From: a virus
IMG/VR virus record: IMGVR_UViG_3300045988_098479
Direction: 5' to 3' (one strand)
Length of the DNA: 36,690 nucleotides
Part shown: one piece after another, positions 22,025-30,660 of the stretch
Position numbering within the stretch: position 1 is the first letter of the stretch
How the letters are laid out: each line of letters opens with the position of its first letter
Program-made: the position numbers and the translations under genes
Notes under the pieces: model-generated
Seen by the model: the letters and a program-made list of their open reading frames with translations, nothing else
Database searches by the model: none
What the model was told of the DNA's origin: nothing

Positions 22025-24015
22025 AGCCCCTCCTTCATCATCTCGTCAAATATTTTACTCGATTCCGGTAGGTATTTGCGCAGGACGGCGAGAGATTCCG
22101 GGTTCGCGGTGCTTGCGCTGAAGAACTCGGCGAAGCCCTCTTGCGCAAGCCTTGCCAGCTGGTAGTCCTCGGACGCTCCCTTCGGCCGCCAATAACTCTT
22201 GCTGTGGCCCCATCCATCGTTGCACTTGTTCAGCGTTGCTCCGCCGAAAAGGTCGGAAAGGTCGGCCTTTTCGGCGTGGCTCATCTCCCCTATCTCGGAG
22301 GCGACGGAGCTATATGTGGCAGCCTTCGTGTGCTTGAGGCCCGAGAGCGCCTCGGCCACCTTGTCAGGATGTCTCCTTAGGTAGTCGGCGTGCCATTCCA
22401 TGAGGTAGCCGTTCGACTCGAGCCATCCGATGTCCTTTGACTTGACTGCCCGTTTGAGCCCGTCGCGCATCTCCTTGTGCCTTGCGTCAATGTAGGCTTC
22501 GACCTCGCTCTTTATGGTCTTGGCGAACACGCCGCCGCCGTACGTCCTCGAGATGTCCGCGTGCAGGCTGTCGATCATGTGCCCGAACTCATGGAACCAG
22601 GTCGTTCCTTGGGGTCTCAATCCATCTTTCGAAAACACTCTTTCAAGGTTGAGCCTCACGCCACCGTCCGTTGGGCTGTAGTGGGCGGTCCCGCCCCATC
22701 CGCCGTTCAGCAAAACGAAATCCCGCTCATGCTTCAGGTAAACGCTACGGGCAGCCTTGTCCGAACGCTTGAGAATGCCTTTCACCGCATCCCTTTGATC
22801 CCCATTGAGGCGCGAGTAGACGGAAGCAGACATATCAGGCTTGCCCGCGATGCGCCGAATTCGGGCCAGCGCCGCGTCCAGCACCTTCTGCTGGTCGCCG
22901 GCGCTCATCTTGCGGAACGAGCCGGACGGTATGCCGTACTCCTTGAGCTGCTCAGTGAGCCTCTTCCTCGCCTCGGTCGGCGACACGCCCGCCACGTCCA
23001 GCTTGCGTTTGGTGCCGGGCATGCCCATGAACTCGGAGATGGTGCGGTTCGCGGGTTTGGTGCCGGTGACGGCGGGCTTGCCCGCCTTCCATTCCTCGTA
23101 GGTCATGCCCTCGGGCAGCTTGCTCCACCTCTTGCCGTCGCTGTAGTCGACGCCCTCGACGGCCGCGATGAGCGTGCAGCGGCAGTTGCACGTCTCGGCA
23201 TACGGCGCCTCGGGGTCGCCCGGGTAGCGGCACCCGTTGCTGAACTTCTCCCCGACCTCCACCTTCTCGCCGTCGAGCTTCCTGTGGCTCGAGCGCGTGC
23301 GCCCGTCGAGCGTCGCCAGCCACTCCTGCTGCACCTTGATGCCGAGCCCCTTGGCCCTCTTGTAGCTGTCGACGCGCCCGGCGTTCTCCGCCGCCGTCGT
23401 CGAGGTCCGCGCCAGGCGCACCGCAGCCGCGCGGTTCGCCCCCGTCACGTCCTGGATGCGTCTGGCTATCTTGGGTATCGACTCGCCGAGCAGCACGCCC
23501 TGCGTGATCTGGTTGGCGATGAGCCGTCGGTTCCATGCCATGTCCTTGGCGACGTTGACGGACGGCTTGGGCAGGTAGCTGTCGTGGTCGGTGAGCAGGC
23601 GCTGCACGGTCGACGCGTCCTGCAGCGCGTAGGACGTGTCCCAGCCAACGGCGCTCTCGACCTGCCACGTGCCGTAGTTGTAGTTCTCGGCGTAGACCTC
23701 GGGCAGCCTGCCCTCGATGGCGGCGGCAGCGACGACGTTCGCGCGCGTCATGGCCTCGGCGCACTGCTTGAGGACGATTCGGTAGCGCCTGCCCGCCGCG
23801 ATCTTCCCGCTTCGCCAGGACCTGTATTGCGCCTTGGTGATCTCGCCGGCCTCGAGACGCCCGCGCATCTTCTCGTCGTCGACCTCGAACTGCGCAAGAT
23901 AGCGCTTGAGGTTGGCGTAGGCGGTCTTGCCCGCCTCGCCGTACACTCCAGCCACCTCGCGCTCGAACGCCCGAATCTCGGCGTCTGAGAAGTCGTGAGC
24001 GCTATCCCCTGCCAT
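22021..24015 (-). CDS. MuF / SPP1 gp7-like head morphogenesis protein fused to a C-terminal HExxH zincin-like domain
   Basis: The MuF core reads RLARTSTTAAENAGRVDSY...LATLDGRTRSSHRKLDGE...CNCRC. HEFGH lies at 22579-22593 and QEGFAEFF lies downstream. ATG 24015 (GGAGG plus 7 nt) is preferred over 24042. Confidence 0.8.
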   Translation of the reverse strand: MAGDSAHDFSDAEIRAFEREVAGVYGEAGKTAYANLKRYLAQFEVDDEKMRGRLEAGEITKAQYRSWRSGKIAAGRRYRIVLKQCAEAMTRANVVAAAAIEGRLPEVYAENYNYGTWQVESAVGWDTSYALQDASTVQRLLTDHDSYLPKPSVNVAKDMAWNRRLIANQITQGVLLGESIPKIARRIQDVTGANRAAAVRLARTSTTAAENAGRVDSYKRAKGLGIKVQQEWLATLDGRTRSSHRKLDGEKVEVGEKFSNGCRYPGDPEAPYAETCNCRCTLIAAVEGVDYSDGKRWSKLPEGMTYEEWKAGKPAVTGTKPANRTISEFMGMPGTKRKLDVAGVSPTEARKRLTEQLKEYGIPSGSFRKMSAGDQQKVLDAALARIRRIAGKPDMSASVYSRLNGDQRDAVKGILKRSDKAARSVYLKHERDFVLLNGGWGGTAHYSPTDGGVRLNLERVFSKDGLRPQGTTWFHEFGHMIDSLHADISRTYGGGVFAKTIKSEVEAYIDARHKEMRDGLKRAVKSKDIGWLESNGYLMEWHADYLRRHPDKVAEALSGLKHTKAATYSSVASEIGEMSHAEKADLSDLFGGATLNKCNDGWGHSKSYWRPKGASEDYQLARLAQEGFAEFFSASTANPESLAVLRKYLPESSKIFDEMMKEGL

Positions 24016-24059
24016 GCGCCGCCTCCAATCGTCGGCACGCATGGTCGCCCGCGCATAAC

Positions 24060-24091
24060 GGAAAAGGGCCCCGACCGAAGCCGGGGCCCTT
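24060..24091 (-). terminator. Rho-independent terminator between the fibre-like insert and the MuF gene
   Basis: The minus strand reads AAGGGCCCCG-GCTTCGGT-CGGGGCCCTT followed by TTCCGTTAT. The stem is 10 bp. Confidence 0.7.
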
Positions 24092-24093
24092 CC

Positions 24094-24315
24094 CTACTCG
24101 CCTTCCTGCTCGGTCGGCTCCTCCGCGCGGTCAAGCGCGTCGTAGTACGCGGCCGCGAGCTCCTCGACCTCGGCGATGTCGGCCTCGTCGAAAAGGCCGC
24201 TGTCCAGGTGCGCATAGGCCTTGTCAAGCCAGTACGCCACGTCGCGGCCAGCTTGGATCTCGCGCTTGATGCTGCGCAACGTCAGGTCGTGGCGGGCCTT
24301 GCTCTTAACTGCCAT
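24094..24315 (-). CDS. Hypothetical acidic protein (73 aa)
   Basis: ATG 24315 has TAGGAGA upstream, which overlaps the preceding stop. Confidence 0.6.
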   Translation of the reverse strand: MAVKSKARHDLTLRSIKREIQAGRDVAYWLDKAYAHLDSGLFDEADIAEVEELAAAYYDALDRAEEPTEQEGE

Positions 24316-24324
24316 GCTTGTCTC

Positions 24325-25587
24325 CTAACTGATAGATGCGATTGCCGCTTCCAGATTCGCGACGACGATGTTCACATCCCTCTGATACTTCAGCTTGACC
24401 CACGCACCGTCACCAGCCTGCACCACAGTGTCGGGGCCGTAAGCGGTGAGGGCTTTGTAGGCGGCGATTTCGGCAGGGGTGAGCGGGGTTTCGATGGGGG
24501 TGGCGAGACAGTAAAACATGCTCGCGTCTGGGCGCGCTTTGAGCCATTCAGAAAAGGCATCGACCGAGTCAACGCCCGAACCTGCCTTAAACTGCAGCGT
24601 TACGCTTTGAACCCACACATAGCATCTGCAAGCTTCTTTCATTTCGATGTCATAAGCGACACCGTCGAAAACAGCATACTGGCACAAGGAAAATCCTTGC
24701 GTTGTGCCGTATTGCGATGCAGGAGCGTCGGAAATAAAAGTGTCATTTTTGTTTGTCGGTGTGAGCTCATATCGCCACTGCAAGGCGTCCAGTTTCAGCT
24801 GATTCACCCTCTGCACCTTCACACCCCTTTCCAAGTCCACCTCGTCGCACACCCACTGCTGGCCCTGCGAGTCAGTGTAGTTGCCGCCAGAGGTGACAGG
24901 GATGCCGGGTAAGCCGTTGGGAGTGGGGAGCGTGAGGAGCTGTTCGCGATAGGGTTCATAATCGGGAGATGACGCGTCCCATGTCAGGCACACGTTTTCA
25001 CGGTTAGTCTCCGTTACCAGAAGATCCTGGAACTTTACTAAGTCCGCTTGAAACGTCGCATGGCATTCAGTCTTATTTGCATCAATACCAAACCAGTATT
25101 TATTGTCATTCTCGTCAAAGAATCTGATGTTCCCGCCTTGCGAGACTGTACCTTCCTTGAACACTAAAGTTATCGGCGTGTTTTTCTCGACATAGCACTC
25201 GACAATGTCTTTATATTTCAGGTTGGACGGCAGCCGATTTTTCCCCGTCACCTTCACCGCTACGCTCCCGCCATCGCCTGCGCTCACGATAGACACATGG
25301 TTATCCGGGCTGGGCGTGCCATCCTGTGTACTCTTACCGTACACTGTCAGGCCGCACAAGGGCGCAGGGAAAGCGTCGTCAACGTGGACGAAAGCGTCCT
25401 CGGCCGTGCCCTTTAGCGTGTTCTCCGCCACAGGATACAGCTTGGCTTCGGTGGCCTTGACGTCGGCGATGGCCTTGGTAGCCGCCTTGCTGGCGGCGTC
25501 GGCACGCTCGACCGCGTCGCTCACGCTCTTCTCCGCCTCGGCCTTGAGGTCGGTCCAGCCCTGCTCGCGCTCGCCCTCGGCCTCCAC
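24325..25587 (-). CDS. Fibre-like protein, C-terminal fragment (frame +1 relative to 25607..26410)
   Basis: This frame is open from the poly-G tract onward. It has a coiled-coil start and then a beta-rich, AT-richer domain. The ORF-track start GTG 25587 is probably not a real start. Confidence 0.6.
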   Translation of the reverse strand: MEAEGEREQGWTDLKAEAEKSVSDAVERADAASKAATKAIADVKATEAKLYPVAENTLKGTAEDAFVHVDDAFPAPLCGLTVYGKSTQDGTPSPDNHVSIVSAGDGGSVAVKVTGKNRLPSNLKYKDIVECYVEKNTPITLVFKEGTVSQGGNIRFFDENDNKYWFGIDANKTECHATFQADLVKFQDLLVTETNRENVCLTWDASSPDYEPYREQLLTLPTPNGLPGIPVTSGGNYTDSQGQQWVCDEVDLERGVKVQRVNQLKLDALQWRYELTPTNKNDTFISDAPASQYGTTQGFSLCQYAVFDGVAYDIEMKEACRCYVWVQSVTLQFKAGSGVDSVDAFSEWLKARPDASMFYCLATPIETPLTPAEIAAYKALTAYGPDTVVQAGDGAWVKLKYQRDVNIVVANLEAAIASIS

Positions 25588-25606
25588 ACGTGCCTTCTCA
25601 GCCGTA

Positions 25607-26410
25607 TCACGCTCCGTCTCGGCGGTCTTGCGCCCCCCCCTCGTTCTCGCCGCGCACGCGCTCGGCGGTCTGGCACTTGCCCTCGGCCTCGTTGTAGGCG
25701 GCGTTGCGGTCCGTCTCCGCCTTCGTGTACGCCTTGTCGCGGGTGCGCTCGGCGTCCGTATATGACTCGGCGCGCGCCTGCTGCGCGTCGCCGAAGGCCT
25801 TGGCCTGCTCGGTGAGCATGGCCTTGTACTCCTCGTTTGTCTTGCCGATCTCGGCCGCCGCGTCCGTTGCGGGCTTCTTGAGCTCCGCCACCTGCTCGTC
25901 GGTGAGGTCGCTGTACCTCAGCGCGTCGCCCTTCGGTACGCCGACGACAAGCACGTTGCCCTCCATCGCCGCCGTGGCATCCGAGCCAGAGGCGAGCGTC
26001 GTGGCGCGCGCCCCCTTGACCTCGGCGGCGACAGCCCTGTCGCGCGCGGCCTCCGCCGCCTTCTGCGCGGCCTTGGCCTCGTCTCGCGCCGTCTCCGCGT
26101 CCTTGATGGTGCGCTGGTCGCTCGGCTCGTAGACGTACTCGGCGGGCTTGGCTCGCCTCTTCACGTCCCAGAGCGCCTCGATGCGCGTGCGCCCGCCGTA
26201 GGCCTCGTCCGTGATGTAGGCCCATGCGTACACGCGCCCGGCCGCCTGGAGCAGCTCGTCGGGAATCTTCGCCTTGTCTCCGGCCACCTCGACCGTGTAG
26301 CACGTCCCCGTGGTCGACTTGGCGAAATGCACCTGCTCGCAGCCGGCAGCCTCGACCTCGCGCCCCGTGTCCCACTGCCACAGGTCGCCATCCATGATGT
26401 CCAGCGTCAT
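25607..26410 (-). CDS. Fibre-like protein, N-terminal fragment (BppU_N-like domain plus coiled coil)
   Basis: ATG 26410 overlaps the portal stop as ATGA. An N-terminal beta domain is followed by Ala/Glu/Lys/Arg-rich heptad-like sequence. The frame terminates 8 codons after the G8 tract. Confidence 0.65.
   Translation of the reverse strand: MTLDIMDGDLWQWDTGREVEAAGCEQVHFAKSTTGTCYTVEVAGDKAKIPDELLQAAGRVYAWAYITDEAYGGRTRIEALWDVKRRAKPAEYVYEPSDQRTIKDAETARDEAKAAQKAAEAARDRAVAAEVKGARATTLASGSDATAAMEGNVLVVGVPKGDALRYSDLTDEQVAELKKPATDAAAEIGKTNEEYKAMLTEQAKAFGDAQQARAESYTDAERTRDKAYTKAETDRNAAYNEAEGKCQTAERVRGENEGGAQDRRDGA
25633..25640 (-). repeat. Poly-G(8) tract (C8 on the plus strand) at the frame break of the fibre-like gene
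   Basis: Read directly from the sequence. With G7 or G10 the ORFs 25607..26410 and 24325..25587 fuse into a single ORF of about 690 aa. Confidence 0.9.
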
Positions 26411-27858
26411 TCCTCGCCCTCCTCATCCTCGTCATCCTCGTCGCCTGCACCCGCACCGCCGGCGTTTGCCGCGAGCGCAGGCGGCAGCGCGGCCATGCGC
26501 TCCTCCTGCTCCCGCTGCTTGCGCTCCAAAATCTTCGCCCTCTCGTCGGGCGTGATGTTCGGCAGCTTTCGCAGGATCGTCTCGTCGTCCAGATACTCGG
26601 CCTCCAGGCACACGGTCTCGACCTGCTCTTTGGTGTTGCTGATGCGAGTGTGCGTGAACACGGGCGTGTCCTCGATGCCCTGCAATGCGAGGATGTCCAT
26701 GATGCCCTCGCGGATGTGGCGCTCGAACTCGGCGGCCTCCTCGTCCATCGGCTGGTATGCCGCGTCGATATGGTCGTTGGTCGCCCCCGCCGCGATGGTG
26801 TGGACGTCCAGCGCGCCGAAGTCCTCGTAGATGTCGGCCTTGATCTGCGCTAGCGTCTCCTTGCGGCCCTCGACGGGCACCTCCTGCGTGTACGGCGTCA
26901 CGGACTGCCCCTGCTCGGCGTCGACCTCTGCCACGTGCGTCAGCTTGAGCTTCGCCCTCCACAGGTCGAGGTCCCTGTCGTCCATGCCGCCGGCTCCGTT
27001 GATGAGCCAGTAGATCTGCGCGCAGTCGCGCGTGTCGTTCACCAGGCCGCTCTTGATGAGGTCGTAGGCGTCGATGCTCTCGCGCATGCCGACGAGCGTG
27101 CTCTGGTGCGCATCGCTGCCCCAGACCGCCACGATGGGCAGGCGGGAGTAGTTCTCCGCATCGACGGCCAGCTTCATCCCGTCCGCCGGTATCTCCTGAT
27201 ACGTGACCTTGTAAGCACGCTTGGCCTCGGCCACCTCGAAGTCGAAGCCGCTGCCGCCCGACACCATCTCCGTGTAGCCGTCCTGCTCGTAGAGGGTCGC
27301 GTGCCACGGGTGGTCGGAGTCGAGCCGCCAGAACCTCACGCCGGCGTATAGCGCCCCCGAGTACTCATCCCACACCGGACAGAACTCGTCGGCGGTGAAA
27401 ACGTCGATGTGGTCGAGGTTCCAGAACGGGAATGACACACCGTGGATGAGCGCCTTGAGCCCCATCTCCATGACGTCGTCGTCGAAGCGGTCGCCAAGCC
27501 CCTCCTTGGTCGTGTCCTTGCCGCCCGCCGAGACGTCCACGAAGCTCACGCCCTTACCGAGCGAGTACGTGCAGCGCTGGACATTTAGGCGCTTGAACAG
27601 GTTACTCGCCAGCCTCAACTTCGAGGCCGTGAAGTCCTCGGCCTCGGCACCGGAGCACGAGTAGATCTTCTGCACGAAACGGTTGATCGTGACGTTGTGC
27701 TGGCGGTAGTACTCGTTCGCGGTGACGGCGTTGCGGTATATCTCGCTCGACATGTGCCGCTCGATGGCATCTGCCGCGAACGCCGTCGCCGACGCCGCCG
27801 CCTTGAGGTCGCCATCGGTCACCAAAGGCCCCTTAGACAAGCCGCTACCTCCCTCCAA
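26407..27858 (-). CDS. Portal protein (SPP1 gp6-like)
   Basis: The product is about 480 aa and the gene follows terL. The acidic C-terminal tail reads GDEDDEDEEGEE. The start is uncertain: TTG 27858, or TTG 27840 after GGAGGGAGG. Confidence 0.85.
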   Translation of the reverse strand: MEGGSGLSKGPLVTDGDLKAAASATAFAADAIERHMSSEIYRNAVTANEYYRQHNVTINRFVQKIYSCSGAEAEDFTASKLRLASNLFKRLNVQRCTYSLGKGVSFVDVSAGGKDTTKEGLGDRFDDDVMEMGLKALIHGVSFPFWNLDHIDVFTADEFCPVWDEYSGALYAGVRFWRLDSDHPWHATLYEQDGYTEMVSGGSGFDFEVAEAKRAYKVTYQEIPADGMKLAVDAENYSRLPIVAVWGSDAHQSTLVGMRESIDAYDLIKSGLVNDTRDCAQIYWLINGAGGMDDRDLDLWRAKLKLTHVAEVDAEQGQSVTPYTQEVPVEGRKETLAQIKADIYEDFGALDVHTIAAGATNDHIDAAYQPMDEEAAEFERHIREGIMDILALQGIEDTPVFTHTRISNTKEQVETVCLEAEYLDDETILRKLPNITPDERAKILERKQREQEERMAALPPALAANAGGAGAGDEDDEDEEGEE

Positions 27859-29041
27859 AGAATGGGTTTACCTGCTCTTTCGCAGGCTTGTACATGCGCA
27901 GTGTTGCCACGCCGTAACGGAGCGCGTCGCAGCTGTGGTCCTCGACCTTAACGGGTTTGTCGCCGTCCGCCTTGGCGTCCCAGCAGTAGCCGCCGAGCTC
28001 ACCTATCAGCCCCGCGCAGGCGTCAGAGATGCGCACCGTGCCGTTGCCCAGGCACACCCCCGTCTCTCGTATGCCGTCCGCGACGTCGTTGCGCCCCTTC
28101 TTGGTCTTGAACCCAGCCTGCCGCATCGCGGCGATGAAGCTCGTGGCGCTCGGGTCGATGATGAACGTGGGCGGCTTGCTCAGCCCGCCCACGAAGTCGG
28201 CCATGTCGGCCACGTAGTCGGCGTCCGTCTTCTGGTGCCCCGTGTCGCGGCCCGAGTAGCGGTACTCGTCCACCACGTGCCACACCTTGCCGTCAAACGC
28301 CCACAGCAGCGCCGCGAAGGCGTTCTGAGTGCCGTAGTCGCAAGACACCGCGTACTTGACGGCGCCGCCCGTATACCGGCTCTCGAGTGCGCCCTCCCAC
28401 CCGGGGTAGACCAGGCCCTCGGCCAGCGTCCACTTGCCCAAGATGTAGCGGTCGTAGTACACGCCGCTGCCGTAGTCCTTGATGAGGGCCTCGATGACAT
28501 CCGGTGCCAGCGCACCGTCCCAGATCGTGTAGTCCTGCCTGTAGATGTCGCTGTCGCCGTCGAGGAACCGCTTGAACCAGTGGTTGGGGCTGTCGGGGTT
28601 ACAGGTGCCGTCGAAGCGGCTGTGCTCGCAGCGCAGGCGGCTCTTGAGCATCTGGAACACGTCTTCGCTCCACGTGGCGACCTCGTCGCCGTAGACCCAC
28701 TCGAACGTGGCGCCCTGAATCTTGGATACGCTTGTCTTCTTGTCCGCCCCGAGGCAGTAGACCTTGCGTCCGAATATCTGGGCCGTGTTGTCCCGCCCGA
28801 TCTGGCTGACGACGTCTTCGCTGTAGAGCGAGCGCATCGGCTCGAGGATGTTGCGCTCGAGCGTCGAGCGGGTGTTCCCGATCATCACCGCCAGCCCCTC
28901 GCCCCTCATGGCGAGAAGCCTCTGCGGTATGGTCACGGCTATGTCGACGTAGCTCTTGCCCGAGCCCGTCGCCCCGCACTTCACGTTGTAGCGGTGCGTG
29001 CAGTTGGCGAGGTACTCGCGCTGCATCCTCGTGAGCGGCAT
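27845..29041 (-). CDS. terL: Terminase large subunit (PBSX-type)
   Basis: A Walker A motif (KCGATGSGKS) lies near the N-terminus. The product is 398 aa and the gene precedes the portal gene. Confidence 0.9.
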   Translation of the reverse strand: MPLTRMQREYLANCTHRYNVKCGATGSGKSYVDIAVTIPQRLLAMRGEGLAVMIGNTRSTLERNILEPMRSLYSEDVVSQIGRDNTAQIFGRKVYCLGADKKTSVSKIQGATFEWVYGDEVATWSEDVFQMLKSRLRCEHSRFDGTCNPDSPNHWFKRFLDGDSDIYRQDYTIWDGALAPDVIEALIKDYGSGVYYDRYILGKWTLAEGLVYPGWEGALESRYTGGAVKYAVSCDYGTQNAFAALLWAFDGKVWHVVDEYRYSGRDTGHQKTDADYVADMADFVGGLSKPPTFIIDPSATSFIAAMRQAGFKTKKGRNDVADGIRETGVCLGNGTVRISDACAGLIGELGGYCWDAKADGDKPVKVEDHSCDALRYGVATLRMYKPAKEQVNPFFGGR

Positions 29042-29044
29042 CGG

Positions 29045-29530
29045 CTACTCGTCCCCGCCGATTGAGGACGGCACGGACAGCACGAGCTCCTTGGCGGCCT
29101 TGAGTACCGCCGTGTCGGTGGTGTCCATGATGCGCTGCGCCTTGGCGTACTCCTGCGGGTACTTGCGCTCCAAAAGCCACGCCGCCGCCTGCCAGCTGTC
29201 GCCGCTCGCGTCCATGATGCGGCCCACGAGCGTCGCCTTGCGCTCCACCTCGGCCTTTTTTAGAACGTGACACAGTTGACGCTGATTGTCTGTTCTGGGG
29301 TGGTTGATCCAGCGGCTGTATGTCTCGCGTGCGACCCCGAGATATGCGGCTATGTCCCTGTCGGTCATTCCGGCACGGCACAGGCGGACGGCATCCTCGA
29401 TGCCCTCCTTGGTCAGTTTTTCACGCCCTTTTCCCGCCACAAAATCACGTTTCCGCTGGTAGATAGCCCTATGGAAACGCGCACGTTCCCACCTTTTTAC
29501 GCACGTGGACAAGCGCGTGCGTTTGCCCAC
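29045..29530 (-). CDS. terS: Terminase small subunit (HTH-containing)
   Basis: The HTH reads MTDRDIAAYLGVARETYSRWI, and SWQAAAWLLERKYPQEY is typical of small terminases. The start is uncertain because GTG 29530 has no clear SD. Confidence 0.7.
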   Translation of the reverse strand: MGKRTRLSTCVKRWERARFHRAIYQRKRDFVAGKGREKLTKEGIEDAVRLCRAGMTDRDIAAYLGVARETYSRWINHPRTDNQRQLCHVLKKAEVERKATLVGRIMDASGDSWQAAAWLLERKYPQEYAKAQRIMDTTDTAVLKAAKELVLSVPSSIGGDE

Positions 29531-29553
29531 GAGCGTAAAAAGGGGGTAACGTT

Positions 29554-29583
29554 TAAAGAAAAGGCCCCGGAAACCGGGGCCTT
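29554..29583 (-). terminator. Strong rho-independent terminator just upstream of terS
   Basis: The minus strand reads AAGGCCCCGG-TTT-CCGGGGCCTT followed by TTCTTTAAA. The stem is 10 bp. Confidence 0.8.
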
Positions 29584-29587
29584 TCGG

Positions 29588-30010
29588 CTACTCGACCTTC
29601 TTCCTGTGCGCGGCCTGACGTATGCGGTTGCTCTCAGCCTCCTCCTCGAGCCGTCTCTTCCGCTCCGCCAGATAGCACCCCTTGCACAGCCTCCACTTCT
29701 TCGCCTGCGCCGAAGTGTCGAACACGGGCCGCGCGTCGCACGCGATGCACAGACCGTCCGTTCCGGTCGAGAAGCGCCCGTACCGCTGCCGCGCGTGCCT
29801 CACGGCGCTCGGCGTCACCCTGAGGTCCGCCGCGATCTCCGCCGCCGTCCGCTCCGGGTGCGCCTGCATCCGCCTTATCATCTCGTCCGTCCAAAGGACG
29901 TAAGAGGAGCGCCCCTTACGGAGCGCCCACTCGTCCCTCAACGGATGTGCTGACTTTGTGGATGGGCCTTTTGGCCCATCTCCTACAGGCTGCCTACACG
30001 CCATTCGCAT
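29588..30010 (-). CDS. HTH plus zinc-ribbon protein (candidate late-gene regulator)
   Basis: The HTH-like segment reads RTAAEIAADLRVTPSAVRHARQRYG. The Zn-ribbon-like segment reads CIACDARP...CKGCY, followed by a basic tail. The true start is probably internal, since a hairpin at 29959-29978 lies in the annotated N-terminus. Confidence 0.55.
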   Translation of the reverse strand: MRMACRQPVGDGPKGPSTKSAHPLRDEWALRKGRSSYVLWTDEMIRRMQAHPERTAAEIAADLRVTPSAVRHARQRYGRFSTGTDGLCIACDARPVFDTSAQAKKWRLCKGCYLAERKRRLEEEAESNRIRQAAHRKKVE

Positions 30011-30064
30011 ACCCCCTAAAGCTCAACCGCCACGGCAGAACCTTATCAGGCGCCGGGGACCAAC

Positions 30065-30433
30065 TCACCGACGACGCTCGATCTTCTCCCCGCACTTCGG
30101 GCAGTGAACAGGCTCGTAGGCCAACATGTCTCCGAAGCCGATGTACTCCCAGAGCTGCCCGCTCCAATCGCAGCTTGAGCAGTGGAAGTAGCCGTCGGCC
30201 ATCTGCTTGCCCGGGATGAACGGGTCCTGCTTGTGCTCGACAAGGTCGTGGCAGGTCGGGCGGTCAATGAGGTCGGCAATTGCTCGGTATGTCTCCTGTG
30301 GATTGGCGAAGTCAACTTCGCCGGTCACTGTCTCCTGCAGGCGTTGCCACCACTCGCCAAGCGAGCCGCTGCTGTACGCCGCTTGCCTGCGCAGCTCATT
30401 GGCTATCTCCCGCCGCTCCTCATCGGTAATCAT
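30065..30433 (-). CDS. Hypothetical protein with C-terminal CxxC...CxxC (122 aa)
   Basis: The frame is coherent and overlaps the upstream gene stop. The product contains HCSSCDW...HCPKCG. Confidence 0.6.
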   Translation of the reverse strand: MITDEERREIANELRRQAAYSSGSLGEWWQRLQETVTGEVDFANPQETYRAIADLIDRPTCHDLVEHKQDPFIPGKQMADGYFHCSSCDWSGQLWEYIGFGDMLAYEPVHCPKCGEKIERRR

Positions 30434-30660
30434 TCGTCCACCTTCTCCAAGAAGACGCGAATATCCATATGCGTCTCTTCTGCAATCGAGAACATGTTGC
30501 TGATTGATATGCTTTTTCGCCCGTTCATCAGCTCGTTGAAATAAGACGGTGAGATGCCCAGTATCTCAGCAAAGTCGGCTTGGGTGAGATCATGGTCAAT
30601 CAGGTAGTGCTGCAAGGCCTTCTTGTTGAGCACGTAGCGTGGTTTTGTCTTATTCGTCAT
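30430..30660 (-). CDS. XRE-family HTH protein (76 aa)
   Basis: ATG 30660 has AGGAGG upstream and overlaps the lar stop as TAATG. The HTH reads LTQADFAEILGISPSYFNELMNG. The region is AT-rich. Confidence 0.75.
   Translation of the reverse strand: MTNKTKPRYVLNKKALQHYLIDHDLTQADFAEILGISPSYFNELMNGRKSISISNMFSIAEETHMDIRVFLEKVDE

Noticed and set aside
14838-29381. Long ORFs such as 15009..15956(-), 15617..16501(+), 19384..20406(+), 22477..23988(+), 25521..26456(-), 26432..27307(-), 27722..29065(+) and 28599..29381(-)
   Set aside because: The same reasoning applies. They are overprinted on the TMP, capsid, MuF, portal and terminase genes and have low-complexity Arg/Gly/Asp-rich translations.
29959-29978. 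The hairpin GATGGGCC-tttt-GGCCCATC read as a terminator
   Set aside because: No T-run follows on either strand, and it lies within the possibly over-extended 5-prime part of ORF 29588..30010. It is kept only as a note on start-site uncertainty.
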